A stretch of DNA of 64,000 bases from a virus. The stretch covers positions 32,001 through 96,000 of IMG/VR virus record IMGVR_UViG_3300033145_000274. One strand, 5' to 3'. The notes under the pieces are model-generated. The model had not been told where the DNA came from. It was given only the letters and a program-made list of their open reading frames with translations, and searched no databases. The position numbers and the translations under genes were made by a program. How positions within the stretch are numbered: the first letter of the stretch is position 1; every line of letters starts with the position of its first letter. Positions 10,207-19,135 of the stretch are shown here, one piece after another.

Positions 10207-10368
10207 ATGAACATTATCCGATTCCTGACCCACGTCGCCTATGTTGGCGATAAGCACCGCCCCGAGGGGGTCAGCGTCCCCCGCTGGCAAGCCATGGTGA
10301 AGTGGCTGGCCCTCCGCGATAGCGAGGGTCACAGCCGAACCAGCTTGGCGGCGGTCCATGAGCGATAG
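10207..10368 (+). CDS. small hypothetical protein (53 aa)
   Basis: ORF directly after the promoter with GAGGA RBS. Confidence 0.45.
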   Translation: MNIIRFLTHVAYVGDKHRPEGVSVPRWQAMVKWLALRDSEGHSRTSLAAVHER

Positions 10369-10443
10369 TCAGCGAATTGGGCTTGCCATTGCCGAAAAGT
10401 ATGATATAATACAACAGTCACCACAACCACTGGAGGGCCAAAC

Positions 10444-10764
10444 ATGCCCCGTCTTACTCAAGCTCAAATGTCAAACCTCATGGTCATATACGACAATGAA
10501 ACCGACCCTGTGTGTCGCAACCACCTGGGCAGCATCATCCGCCGACAGGTGAAACTGTTCACGGACCGCCCCGCCACCACCGCCACGCCCCGGCCCTACG
10601 GCCCCAACGACTTCAGCCGTATGACCAACGAGGAAATCCACGCCGCCATGGGAACCGGCAAAATCCATGCCATTAAACTGGTAAGGGACCGCACACACCT
10701 GGGTTTGCTTGACGCCAAGCGGATGGTCGAACGCTTGGTTCCTGAGTGTGTCCAAACTTTCTGA
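10444..10764 (+). CDS. ribosomal protein L7/L12 C-terminal-domain-like protein
   Basis: KIHAIKLVRDRTHLGLLDAKRMVE matches the L12 CTD motif KIxxIKxVRxxxGLGLKEAKxxVE; own promoter TTGCCA-N16-TATAAT at 10383. Confidence 0.75.
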   Translation: MPRLTQAQMSNLMVIYDNETDPVCRNHLGSIIRRQVKLFTDRPATTATPRPYGPNDFSRMTNEEIHAAMGTGKIHAIKLVRDRTHLGLLDAKRMVERLVPECVQTF

Positions 10765-10847
10765 AAACTTCTCAAGCTTTGGGGTTGACCCAACCGATAA
10801 AACATGATATAATAGGGGCATACAACACACGAACAAGGGAGAAAATC

Positions 10848-11024
10848 ATGTGCGGTATTTGCGGCGGCGAAGTACATGTCAATGGTGACGGCGACCTCCT
10901 GTGTATGGGGTCATGCGGAAGCGTCTTGACCCGTGAGGAAATCGACGCAGACGAACCGTCCCACCCCCAAGTGGAAGAATGGGACAGTGAATGGGAGGAA
11001 TATCAAGACTTTTACGAGGGGTGA
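10848..11024 (+). CDS. small Zn-ribbon, acidic-tailed protein
   Basis: CxxC...CxxxC; promoter TTGACC-N17-TATAAT at 10785. Confidence 0.55.
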   Translation: MCGICGGEVHVNGDGDLLCMGSCGSVLTREEIDADEPSHPQVEEWDSEWEEYQDFYEG

Positions 11025-11289
11025 GGAGTGCTACCCAAAGTCTGGGGATGCTCACCCCCACCTTATATCCCCAAGGGGATTGGGGGGTTCAGGCGTAGCA
11101 TATCGTAAAGCTCTGTTGCTCAATGCGAAAGGCCCTGCCCCTCCCTTGAAAATCCATGGCCCCAGTACGGGGGCCACTCATGTGGGGGAGTGTACATAAC
11201 CCATGTGAGGAAGTGGTTGTTCGCCTCGTTCTACCACAATAATCCTGAGAATGAGGTTGCTATCTTTTCGTTTCTCTCCCTTGAGCCCT

Positions 11290-11435
11290 GCAACGACGTA
11301 AGTCGTTGTGGGGCTTTACTTTACGTCAACAAGGCGGCCCCCGGCTTGACGCAACCCCTTGCTATCAAAGGATTTACGACAATCTCATAAACTCTCAAGT
11401 TTCGGCCTTGACTTTCCGATACACTATGATATAAT
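11290..11435 (+). repeat. ACGACTTACG-box promoter element, copy 2
   Basis: CGTAAGTCGT at 11297, GGCGGCCCCC, TCAAGTT, TTGACT-N16(CCGATA)-TATAAT. Confidence 0.85.
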
Positions 11436-11457
11436 AGTCGTAACAAAGGGAGAAACC

Positions 11458-12153
11458 ATGTACTTGCAAATCACTACTCGTTGCAATATGTCCTGTGCTC
11501 ACTGTTGTTTTTCATGCACAAAAGAGGGGGATGACATGCCCCTCTCAGTCTTCCGCAAGGCCATTGAATTCGACTGCTACATCACACTGGGGGGTGGCGA
11601 ACCCACCCTACACAGACACTTCAATACCATGCTGCTGGAATCGCTAGCAAGCAAAGACCATGGAGAGGGGGGCTTGACAGTCATCACAAATGGCAGCGTC
11701 ACCCGCACAGCCCTATTGTTGGCAGCGTTGGCCAAGTCTAATGTACTAGATGCCCAAATTAGCCGCGATGAATACCACGACCCTATCGACCCACGAGTGG
11801 TCAGGGCCTTTGAGAAAATCGGGGAAAAAACCCGCTCCGTCACCCACCTCCAACACCACCCCGGCATCCGCAACACCACCCAACAGGACGACCCCAAACC
11901 CTACGGTAGGGGCATTGAACTATTGGGACTAGAACCAGACGACCTGGAACATGATGGTTCCGATTGTATGTGTTCCGACCACATTGTCAAGCCAAATGGC
12001 AATATCATGCAATGTGGGTGCCCCGACGCCCCCATGATAGGTGATGTAGAAAATGGTATTGGTGATTCCTGCTCGGGTGGTGGGGAGTGTTGTCATAGTT
12101 CCGAGTTTCACAACTGGTGTATAGAAAACGACCACGAACACTGGCTAGTATAA
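11458..12153 (+). CDS. radical SAM protein
   Basis: CNMSCAHC motif, LGGGEPTL, VITNG, C-terminal Cys cluster. Confidence 0.85.
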   Translation: MYLQITTRCNMSCAHCCFSCTKEGDDMPLSVFRKAIEFDCYITLGGGEPTLHRHFNTMLLESLASKDHGEGGLTVITNGSVTRTALLLAALAKSNVLDAQISRDEYHDPIDPRVVRAFEKIGEKTRSVTHLQHHPGIRNTTQQDDPKPYGRGIELLGLEPDDLEHDGSDCMCSDHIVKPNGNIMQCGCPDAPMIGDVENGIGDSCSGGGECCHSSEFHNWCIENDHEHWLV

Positions 12154-12164
12154 CACCCGGCCCC

Positions 12165-12300
12165 GCATCGACGTAAGTTGGTGCGGGGCCTTGACTTACG
12201 ACGATAAGGTGGCCCCCGGCTTGACGCAACCCCTGTCGTGGCAACGACTTACGATAATCTCAAGTTGGTGATTGACTTTGCCGATATAATATGGTAGAAT
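12165..12300 (+). repeat. ACGACTTACG-box promoter element, copy 3
   Basis: CGTAAGTTG, GACTTACGACG, GGCCCCC, ACGACTTACG at 12244, TTGACT-N17(CCGATA)-TAGAAT. Confidence 0.85.
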
Positions 12301-12468
12301 GACACCATGAGCAAGGAAGCAACCTCTGTGTGGGTGTCTGTGTGTGATAACACGCCGTCCCACCCCAACCAGCTTGGTTGGCCGCGAATAAGTCGTAGTC
12401 AGCGACTTTGTGCAGTCTGGGGTTGACTTGTGGGCTACCGTGGTGTATAATTGCATGGAGGGCAGAAA

Positions 12469-12579
12469 ATGAAGTGTCTAGTGTGCGGTCATAACATGGT
12501 ACAGAAACGTAATACACAGACCGGTAAAGTCTACTGGGTATGTGAAGCGTGTCAAGCAAGTATCAAAATAAAGGACTAA
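12469..12579 (+). CDS. 36-aa Zn-ribbon peptide
   Basis: MKCLVC...VCEAC, GGAGG RBS, promoter at 12423. Confidence 0.55.
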   Translation: MKCLVCGHNMVQKRNTQTGKVYWVCEACQASIKIKD

Positions 12580-12583
12580 AAAC

Positions 12584-13024
12584 ATGTCGGGGTGTGCTGA
12601 TTATCTGAAAAACGCAATTGACGCCAACGCCCGTAAGGAATTGGCGGCTAAAATGTGCAAATCCCTACGCAAACACATGAAGCATGGTCTGGAATTCGAT
12701 GCTATCGCCGTACGTGGCGTATCGGGCATGTTGGTTGGTGTGACCGTTTCGGACAAACTGGACATCCCATTGGTGGTAGTCCGCAAGGAAACCTCCCCGC
12801 ATTCCAGCAACGCATGTGAGGGCATTCCACGGGTACATAGTAAGAAGTACATCATTGTAGACGATTGCATCGACAGTGGCAACACCATTCATAAAATAGT
12901 CGCCCTACTAGATGAAATCTATCCCGATTCCCAATGTGTGGGAATCTGCCTGTATGGTCAGAGTGATTATGACAGTGCGCCCGCCAAGGTACTATTCAAG
13001 AAATATGGCCGGTTGGCCGGTTGA
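12584..13024 (+). CDS. type I phosphoribosyltransferase-domain protein
   Basis: PRPP-binding loop YIIVDDCIDSGNT. Confidence 0.8.
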   Translation: MSGCADYLKNAIDANARKELAAKMCKSLRKHMKHGLEFDAIAVRGVSGMLVGVTVSDKLDIPLVVVRKETSPHSSNACEGIPRVHSKKYIIVDDCIDSGNTIHKIVALLDEIYPDSQCVGICLYGQSDYDSAPAKVLFKKYGRLAG

Positions 13025-13069
13025 CAATTCCCGCTCCGTATGCTATAATAGCATACATGGGAGAAAAAG

Positions 13070-13276
13070 ATGAAGCCAGACAAAGCAACCCGACACCGCG
13101 ACCAGTACAAACGTCAGTTGACAATGTTGGAGGTCTACATAACGGGACGCATCAAACAGCTTGACAATATCACCCGGCAACGACCGGCGGAAAGTACCGC
13201 CTGTGAAATGGCCCAGGGCGAATTAAATATGCTTCTGACCCAGGTTCTCCCTGAAATGAGAAAGGTACAATCGTGA
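13070..13276 (+). CDS. hypothetical protein
   Basis: After promoter TTGACA-N17-TATAAT at 13021. Confidence 0.55.
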   Translation: MKPDKATRHRDQYKRQLTMLEVYITGRIKQLDNITRQRPAESTACEMAQGELNMLLTQVLPEMRKVQS

Positions 13277-13581
13277 ACATTCTTGAATCGTGTCGTATCA
13301 ACGACGTGTTGGGCATTATCTACGGCCAGAACAGCCATGAGCGTGTGTGTCGCGTATTGGAAGTCCGAGACCTCGCCCAGCAACCACTTGCCAGTAAAAC
13401 CCTGGCCCGTCGCCCATACCTCCAACGAGGTACTCGCCTTGTTACATGTCAAAGTGCCGATGGTCAAATTCGGTCATTCTACGCTGGCGTCGAACAAACA
13501 GCCCGGCCCATTCCGAAACTGCGAGCGGCATGGCTGCACCTGCGACGAAAGCTACCAGCCAGAAAGCGTGTGACAACGTGA
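13273..13581 (+). CDS. hypothetical protein, weakly WYL-like
   Basis: IIYGQNSHERVCRV...QIRSFY pattern. Confidence 0.45.
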   Translation: MNILESCRINDVLGIIYGQNSHERVCRVLEVRDLAQQPLASKTLARRPYLQRGTRLVTCQSADGQIRSFYAGVEQTARPIPKLRAAWLHLRRKLPARKRVTT

Positions 13582-13844
13582 ACTACGAAGTGATGCATGG
13601 CCAACGTACGCATTATATCCAGGCGGGCAATTCCTATGCCGCGTGCCTGGATGTTTTGCGTATAGAAGCCGAAGAAAATGACGTACAACAAGCCCAGTTT
13701 CGCGTGATACACTTGCCACATGGCAAACTAGAATGTATCCCCATGGCTTCCGTGCTTAGATTGCGACTAATCGCCCTAAACCCTGACGGTGCAAGTGGTT
13801 GCGACGAACAGGGGGCACCCCCAATGGACTTAACCCATTGGTAA
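13578..13844 (+). CDS. hypothetical protein
   Basis: GTGA-coupled start. Confidence 0.45.
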   Translation: MNYEVMHGQRTHYIQAGNSYAACLDVLRIEAEENDVQQAQFRVIHLPHGKLECIPMASVLRLRLIALNPDGASGCDEQGAPPMDLTHW

Positions 13845-13904
13845 CAAACGACTTACGAAAACATTCAAGTTTGGGGTTGCATTGTCCGATATTTACAGTA
13901 TAAT
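13845..13904 (+). repeat. ACGACTTACG-box promoter element, copy 4 (short)
   Basis: ACGACTTACG at 13848, TCAAGTTTGGGG, TTGCAT-N16(CCGATA)-TATAAT. Confidence 0.8.
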
Positions 13905-13967
13905 GGGGGCACAAGCGACAACAACACCAATCGGAGCGGTTGCTGTAGAAATACGCAACCCAAAATC

Positions 13968-14150
13968 ATGTATCGTTGCGAAAAGTGTGGGGTGACTACG
14001 GAGCCTGGGCAAAAGGCTTTGTTGGTCATCACACAAACCAGACCACGGACCTACCTCAATGGTCGCGACCAAGTTGTTGGCCAGGGCCATGAGACCGTGA
14101 AAGAAATCAAAGTCTGCCCCAAGTGCTACCCGAAAGAGGAGGACGAATAG
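13968..14150 (+). CDS. small Zn-finger protein
   Basis: CEKC...CPKC. Confidence 0.6.
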   Translation: MYRCEKCGVTTEPGQKALLVITQTRPRTYLNGRDQVVGQGHETVKEIKVCPKCYPKEEDE

Positions 14151-14347
14151 TGGAAAACGGAACCCTCACATTACGGCTAGCTAATGGCAAGGAACTCACC
14201 ACAAGGCGTGGGTTTGAATTGGCCTGCTTTCTGGCCAGTCAGGGCAGCAGCATCGTACCCCTTTCCTCCAAGCGAAGGGGTGGAAAGTCTAAGGGTGCTC
14301 GTGGACGTGGCCGCCAGATGGTCAAGCGTACTAGAGACGCACAGTAG
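14150..14347 (+). CDS. small basic hypothetical protein
   Basis: GTG start, GGAGG RBS. Confidence 0.45.
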   Translation: MENGTLTLRLANGKELTTRRGFELACFLASQGSSIVPLSSKRRGGKSKGARGRGRQMVKRTRDAQ

Positions 14348-14353
14348 AAACAT

Positions 14354-14424
14354 TGCGGGATAGTGTAACGGCAACACGCAGCCCTCATACGGCTACACTC
14401 TGGGTTCAACTCCCGGTCCCGCGA
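14354..14424 (+). tRNA. tRNA with CAT anticodon (Met or Ile2)
   Basis: TGCGGGA/TCCCGCG acceptor, loop CTCATAC, T-loop TTCAACT. Confidence 0.8.
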
Positions 14425-14539
14425 CTTAGCCAAGCAAGGTTATGAGCCTCGCAACGTGTTAGGAAGTTCCAACCTGTCGGCCCGAGAGGACAAGATACCG
14501 AGTGGAAGACACCGAGGCCCTAACGGCGCGACAAAGCCC

Positions 14540-14686
14540 CGTAATGACGTAAGTTGTTGCGGGGCCTTTGTTTATGACAAATAGGTGGCCCCCGGCGTAG
14601 CGTAACTCCTGTCCTACCAACGATTTACAATAATTACAAAAACTTTCAAGCTTCGCTGTTGCATTACCGATAATCTATGATATAAT
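14540..14686 (+). repeat. ACGACTTACG-box promoter element, copy 5
   Basis: CGTAAGTTG, GGCCCCC, ACGATTTAC, TTGCAT-N16(CCGATA)-TATAAT. Confidence 0.8.
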
Positions 14687-14723
14687 AAGTGCATACAACA
14701 AACCACAACCATGGGAGCAAACG

Positions 14724-14885
14724 ATGATGTTGATTAAGCTTGGTTCCACGATTGAGTTGTCTGGACACCCCGTCCAGGTTATTCGGATTGCCAACGACGG
14801 CGTGACCGTCCGGCGTAAAGGCGGCCACTGTCTGAAAATCGACTTGAAACAGGCAGCCCGTGCCGTGACACCCAAACCGGCCTGA
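14724..14885 (+). CDS. small hypothetical protein (53 aa)
   Basis: MMLIKLGSTIELSG after GGGAG. Confidence 0.5.
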   Translation: MMLIKLGSTIELSGHPVQVIRIANDGVTVRRKGGHCLKIDLKQAARAVTPKPA

Positions 14886-14913
14886 TTGGCCGTCTGTGGT
14901 GAGTAGTCAGTGA

Positions 14914-15081
14914 ACCCGTAGGCCGGTCAGCATCGGAGGTAACAGAGCACGAACAATACCGTATGGGGTCAAGTACACGCCCCCTGCAACGGAAAGTACG
15001 CCGTTGGGGATACTGTACGGACGTTCGAGCTTGGAATTACTATTCCCACCGCACAAGCGGGTGCGACTCCCGCTACGGGTA
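14914..15081 (+). ncRNA. tRNA-like RNA with greatly extended anticodon arm
   Basis: ACCCGTA/TACGGGT acceptor, CCGG/TCGG D-arm, GCGGG-TGCGACT-CCCGC T-arm, long central helix. Confidence 0.65.
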
Positions 15082-15234
15082 GCTTATAGTGTAGGCCCAC
15101 ACGGGCCGAATAACGAGGCGTCCAAATCTCCACGCCTACAACCCCGCTACAGCGGGGAGAGACTGTAAGGGAGTAGGACCGGAGCAAAACGCAAAGCGAG
15201 TATCGGTAACCGATTGCCACCTACCCCTTGGCCC

Positions 15235-15380
15235 CACGCGACGTAAGTCGTGGTGGGGCCTTAACTTACGACGATAAGGAGGCCCCCGCATCGCCGTAAA
15301 CCCTGACACAGCAAGGACTTACGACAATCCGAGAAACTTTCAAGTTCCAGTGTTGACTTTCCGATACAATATGATAGAAT
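15235..15380 (+). repeat. ACGACTTACG-box promoter element, copy 6
   Basis: CGTAAGTCGT at 15242, ACTTACGACG, GGCCCCC, GACTTACG, TTGACT-N16(CCGATA)-TAGAAT. Confidence 0.85.
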
Positions 15381-15416
15381 ACATGCTTCCAACACAACAC
15401 ACACATGGAGCGACAC

Positions 15417-16199
15417 ATGTTAAAATTCTCCCAGGCGAACGCCAAAACAGATGCCCTATACGGGGTTCTCCAATTGAGACAATTTCTATTCGACAACCGC
15501 AAGGTCTACAGTATAGACTTGCCAGCGGGCTACACCTGCCCTGGAGCTAAAATCTGTATGTCACGGGCAGTACCCCGCCAAGACGACCCCTCACGATTCA
15601 CTATCAGAGACGGCCCCCATTGTGAATTCCGATGCTTTTCCGCCTCTCAAGAGGTAATCTACCCCCCCACTCGCCGACTACGTAAACGCAACCTGGATGC
15701 CCTGCGAAGCATAGGCAAATCGGGGGGTGGAGTCAACCGCTATCGTGACCTAATCCTGAAGAGTCTACCCACCAACGCGGGGGTCATTCGGTACCACGTT
15801 GGGGGTGACTTCTACTGTATCTCCTACCTGCGGGGGGCTATTGCAGCCGCCAAGCAACGTCCCGATGTGCTGTTCTACGCCTATACTAAGAGCCTACACT
15901 TTCTGAAGGGTATAGTACTCCCCGACAACTTCCGGCTCACCCTTAGTCGAGGGGGCAAGTATGACCACCACACAGAGTGGTTGGATATCCGCCAAGCGGT
16001 GGTAGTCTATTCGGAGGAAGAGGCTGCCCAAATGGGACTGCCTGTCGATAAGGACGATTCTCACGCCGCATCCCCCAATAAAGGTAATAGCAAAGGGGGG
16101 TCGTTTGCCCTCCTGGTCCACGGCGTTCAGCCCGCTAATACCGTCGCCGCCGCCGCCTTGTCCGCCCTGCGGGGAAAGGGTAGCTATGCCCGCAAATAG
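15417..16199 (+). CDS. GP88-family protein (radical-SAM-like Cys motif)
   Basis: DLPAGYTCPGAKIC...CFSASQE, IRYHVGGDF, FYAYTK. Confidence 0.7.
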   Translation: MLKFSQANAKTDALYGVLQLRQFLFDNRKVYSIDLPAGYTCPGAKICMSRAVPRQDDPSRFTIRDGPHCEFRCFSASQEVIYPPTRRLRKRNLDALRSIGKSGGGVNRYRDLILKSLPTNAGVIRYHVGGDFYCISYLRGAIAAAKQRPDVLFYAYTKSLHFLKGIVLPDNFRLTLSRGGKYDHHTEWLDIRQAVVVYSEEEAAQMGLPVDKDDSHAASPNKGNSKGGSFALLVHGVQPANTVAAAALSALRGKGSYARK

Positions 16200-16650
16200 T
16201 CAGCAGACAGCCATACATCGCAAACGTGCTAGCGTGCCCTGCCGATGGTTATTTGAGCAAGGCAAGCTAATAGCCCCCATACTCGATTGGGGTTGCGGGC
16301 ACGGCAAAGACGTAATCTGGATGCGGAACGCTTACGGGTATGACCCGCACTACCAGCCGAGGCTCCCCGTCGATGGGGATTTGTTCAACACCGTATTGTG
16401 TACCTATGTGCTCAATACAATTCCAAACTACCACGACCGTTGTGTTATTGTAGCGGAGGCCCTGGAGTACCTCGTTCATGGGGGGTGGATGTACATTACC
16501 ATTCGGGCAGACAAAAAGAACCTAAAGGGGTGGACACTACGGGGTACATGGCAAAACTACATAGGGAACCAACTACAGCATGGAGACTTCACCCTCGTGC
16601 GACGTACCAGTGGATATGAAATATGGGGGTGGCAACAACCTCCCTATTAG
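16186..16650 (+). CDS. class I SAM-dependent methyltransferase
   Basis: TAIHRKRASVP...ILDWGCGHGKD...YDPHY...VLCTYVLNTI. Confidence 0.8.
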   Translation: MPANSQQTAIHRKRASVPCRWLFEQGKLIAPILDWGCGHGKDVIWMRNAYGYDPHYQPRLPVDGDLFNTVLCTYVLNTIPNYHDRCVIVAEALEYLVHGGWMYITIRADKKNLKGWTLRGTWQNYIGNQLQHGDFTLVRRTSGYEIWGWQQPPY

Positions 16651-16667
16651 CGTGTGTGGTTGTGTTG

Positions 16668-16704
16668 AAGCTCACGGGTGGTTCGCTACCCGTGGGCTTT
16701 TTTC
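16668..16704 (+). terminator. intrinsic terminator
   Basis: GCTCACGGGT/ACCCGTGGGC stem plus T-run. Confidence 0.75.
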
Positions 16705-16842
16705 GTAAGTGCTGACGTAGCAACAACTTACGACGATTTGGTGGCCCCCGCAAAACCATAAACCCTTGCACCACAACGACTTGCGTCAATCCGTAAAAAT
16801 GGTGAAGTTTGGGGTTGCAAGTTTCGATAAACATGGTAGAAT
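16702..16842 (+). repeat. ACGACTTACG-box promoter element, copy 7
   Basis: CGTAAGTGCTGACG, ACAACTTACGACG, GGCCCCC, ACGACTTGCG, TTGCAA-N16(CGATA)-TAGAAT. Confidence 0.85.
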
Positions 16843-16884
16843 GATGGCAGTTTCAACAACATCACTTTTTTCAAGGAGTCATTT

Positions 16885-18186
16885 ATGACTACGCAAGCAC
16901 AAGAGCAGTCCGGCCAGTCGATTGCAACCGAGAGGCAGGAAAGCTACAGCGGCGACGTTATTCGCGAGAATCTGGAAATGGGCGACAAGCAAGGCTTCAA
17001 GGCCGTCGCCAAGTATTGGCTCGAAAACGGCTGTATGTCGTTCGACAAGGCTCAAGAGCGATTGGCCAGCGACCAACAGCAAATCGAAGATTTCCACTCC
17101 CCCCTGAAGGAGTGGGATGTTGTAGTCAAGCACAGTGGCATCGCCTTTCGACACCTGTCCAGTGGGCGGGATTACTCCCCCACCGACCATGCCCTCAATC
17201 TCATGTGTCAGGTTGGCCGTGGCATGTCCTCATGGACAGTACGCAATCTGAGGGACCCCATCCCCCACGCCACAAAGAAAGATGCGGACGGCGAGCCGGT
17301 AGCGGTCAAGGGTGGCGAACGTGGTCAGGCCGACTTTGAGGTACTCCGCGACTACATTAAGGTACACCTGTTCCACTCCGACCGTGTGGACCAGACCAAG
17401 CCCAGACTGTTCCGAACCTGGAGTGATGGCACCCTACGTGCCCTGCTTAGTGAGCAGTACACGATTGTCAACAACTTGTGGTTTCTGGACGTACTCCGCA
17501 AGGCCATTCCGGGGGGTGTTGTCTCCCACTGGCAGGGTGACGCCGATAGCATCTTCGGCAACATTCTGATTCCCGATACAATTCGGGCCGAAAGTGATTC
17601 CGACTTCGGCGGTATGCTCAGCGTGGGCAATAGCGAGATAGGAACCCGCCGAATTTCCTCCCTCCCCAGCGTGTTCCGAGCCATCTGTATGAACGGGTGC
17701 ATTTGGGACCAAGAATCCGGCACGGGTATCAACAAGGTTCACCGTGGCAAGGTCAATTTCATCGACCTGGAACATCACATCATCGAGAACCTAGAAGCTC
17801 AGATTCCCCTACTTCCCCAGGGTATCCAGCGGGTCCTCGGGTTGCGTGCGTACGGCTGTGGTGACACCCCCTTGTCCAACCTGTTGGCCCAGACTGCCAT
17901 CGACCATAGTCTGTCCAAACGACAGGTGGGGGTTATCTACGACGGCTGGAATGAGGAGCTACGCCTGCTAGGCCGCAAGGAAGCCCAGACCGCTTACGGG
18001 CTCACCAACGCCATCACACGGGCCGGGCAGCAGCTTGGCAGCAATGACCAGTGGGTCCGGTTCGACACCATCGGTGGGGAGTTCGCCAACTTCAACCGTG
18101 ACGGGTGGGATAAGTTCCGTAACCGGGCCGACAACCTGTCCGCCAAACAGGTGGAGAAGAGACTCGGAGAACTGGCCACTGTATGA
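16885..18186 (+). CDS. DUF932-like protein
   Basis: YTIVNN...VGNSEIGTRR...FRAICMNG. Confidence 0.7.
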   Translation: MTTQAQEQSGQSIATERQESYSGDVIRENLEMGDKQGFKAVAKYWLENGCMSFDKAQERLASDQQQIEDFHSPLKEWDVVVKHSGIAFRHLSSGRDYSPTDHALNLMCQVGRGMSSWTVRNLRDPIPHATKKDADGEPVAVKGGERGQADFEVLRDYIKVHLFHSDRVDQTKPRLFRTWSDGTLRALLSEQYTIVNNLWFLDVLRKAIPGGVVSHWQGDADSIFGNILIPDTIRAESDSDFGGMLSVGNSEIGTRRISSLPSVFRAICMNGCIWDQESGTGINKVHRGKVNFIDLEHHIIENLEAQIPLLPQGIQRVLGLRAYGCGDTPLSNLLAQTAIDHSLSKRQVGVIYDGWNEELRLLGRKEAQTAYGLTNAITRAGQQLGSNDQWVRFDTIGGEFANFNRDGWDKFRNRADNLSAKQVEKRLGELATV

Positions 18187-18256
18187 TAGCCATGCTTATC
18201 ATCACGGCAATAATCGTCAACATATTGCTACATATTGCCGAACGCCAGCAGTGAAC

Positions 18257-18301
18257 ATACCCCCCGACTGGACTATCCGGTCGGGGGGATGTTTTTGTTT
18301 G
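18257..18301 (+). terminator. intrinsic terminator
   Basis: CCCCCCGAC/GTCGGGGGG stem then T-rich run. Confidence 0.7.
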
Positions 18302-18303
18302 TC

Positions 18304-18430
18304 CTAAGTGGTTGTGGCGTAACGACTTAGGGCAAACAGGGGGCCGCCATCATGACACAACTCCCTATGTAGCCGTAACTTATATTCATTCAAGTTTTGG
18401 GGTTGACTTATCCGAATAGTATTGTATAAT
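18304..18430 (+). repeat. ACGACTTACG-box promoter element, copy 8 (diverged)
   Basis: CTAAGT, ACGACTTAG, GGGGGCCGCC, TCAAGTTTTGGGG, TTGACT-N16(CCGAATA)-TATAAT. Confidence 0.75.
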
Positions 18431-18476
18431 AGAGTAACACCAAACAACAATTCCCCTTTTTCAGGAGTGTTTTAGA

Positions 18477-19076
18477 ATGAAGCGTTTACTCGATTGCTTG
18501 TCCCAAGCAGAAGTCGGTCAAGAGGTAACCTTTAACTACCATGGTGGTAGTACCCCCGGCGAAGCACGTACCGTCCGTGTTATGGCCTCGACCACCGATG
18601 CGTTGCTGTCCGAACACATGCTTGGTCTGGACATTGTCCAGAACGAAATATGTGACTACCGCTTTGACCGGGCCAGTGATGTGTATATCATCACCGATGA
18701 CAAACCCGTCCCCAACATCAGGGTACGACACACCACCCATACATTCGTCGAAGCCCGTAAACGCCTGCACAACCAGATTGACGAACTCAACGGTGAAGAC
18801 CTGGCCGAAATCCTGGCGGAAATCGAAGGCGACGACAATGGTAATTTCGACGCAAGCACGGGCGAGGTAACCTTACTACGCAGTGTTTTGATTCCACATT
18901 GCAAACTCAATGCCGACAAGGCAGGCTTGGACTGGGTCAACGAAGACGGCGAAGTGCTCACCAGCCAGTGGCAGTTTCTCAACAACGCCGTACGTCTGTA
19001 TCTGGAAGACAACGAAGTTCCCCCCGTCGAATTTGCCTGCAAACTTTTTCAACATTTGGGATTGACAATCCAATAG
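18477..19076 (+). CDS. WYL-like domain protein
   Basis: VTFNYHGGSTPGEARTV...CDYRFDR. Confidence 0.55.
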   Translation: MKRLLDCLSQAEVGQEVTFNYHGGSTPGEARTVRVMASTTDALLSEHMLGLDIVQNEICDYRFDRASDVYIITDDKPVPNIRVRHTTHTFVEARKRLHNQIDELNGEDLAEILAEIEGDDNGNFDASTGEVTLLRSVLIPHCKLNADKAGLDWVNEDGEVLTSQWQFLNNAVRLYLEDNEVPPVEFACKLFQHLGLTIQ

Positions 19077-19135
19077 AACATGTTATAATAGACGTGTTCA
19101 ACTTACCTGTTTTTTCCTCAACAAGGAGTAGTATC

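Noticed and set aside
12584-13024. NAD-reconstitution (NARP-type) pathway
   Set aside because: The PRTase is short and generic, and no NMN adenylyltransferase or NAMPT partner is visible in the window.
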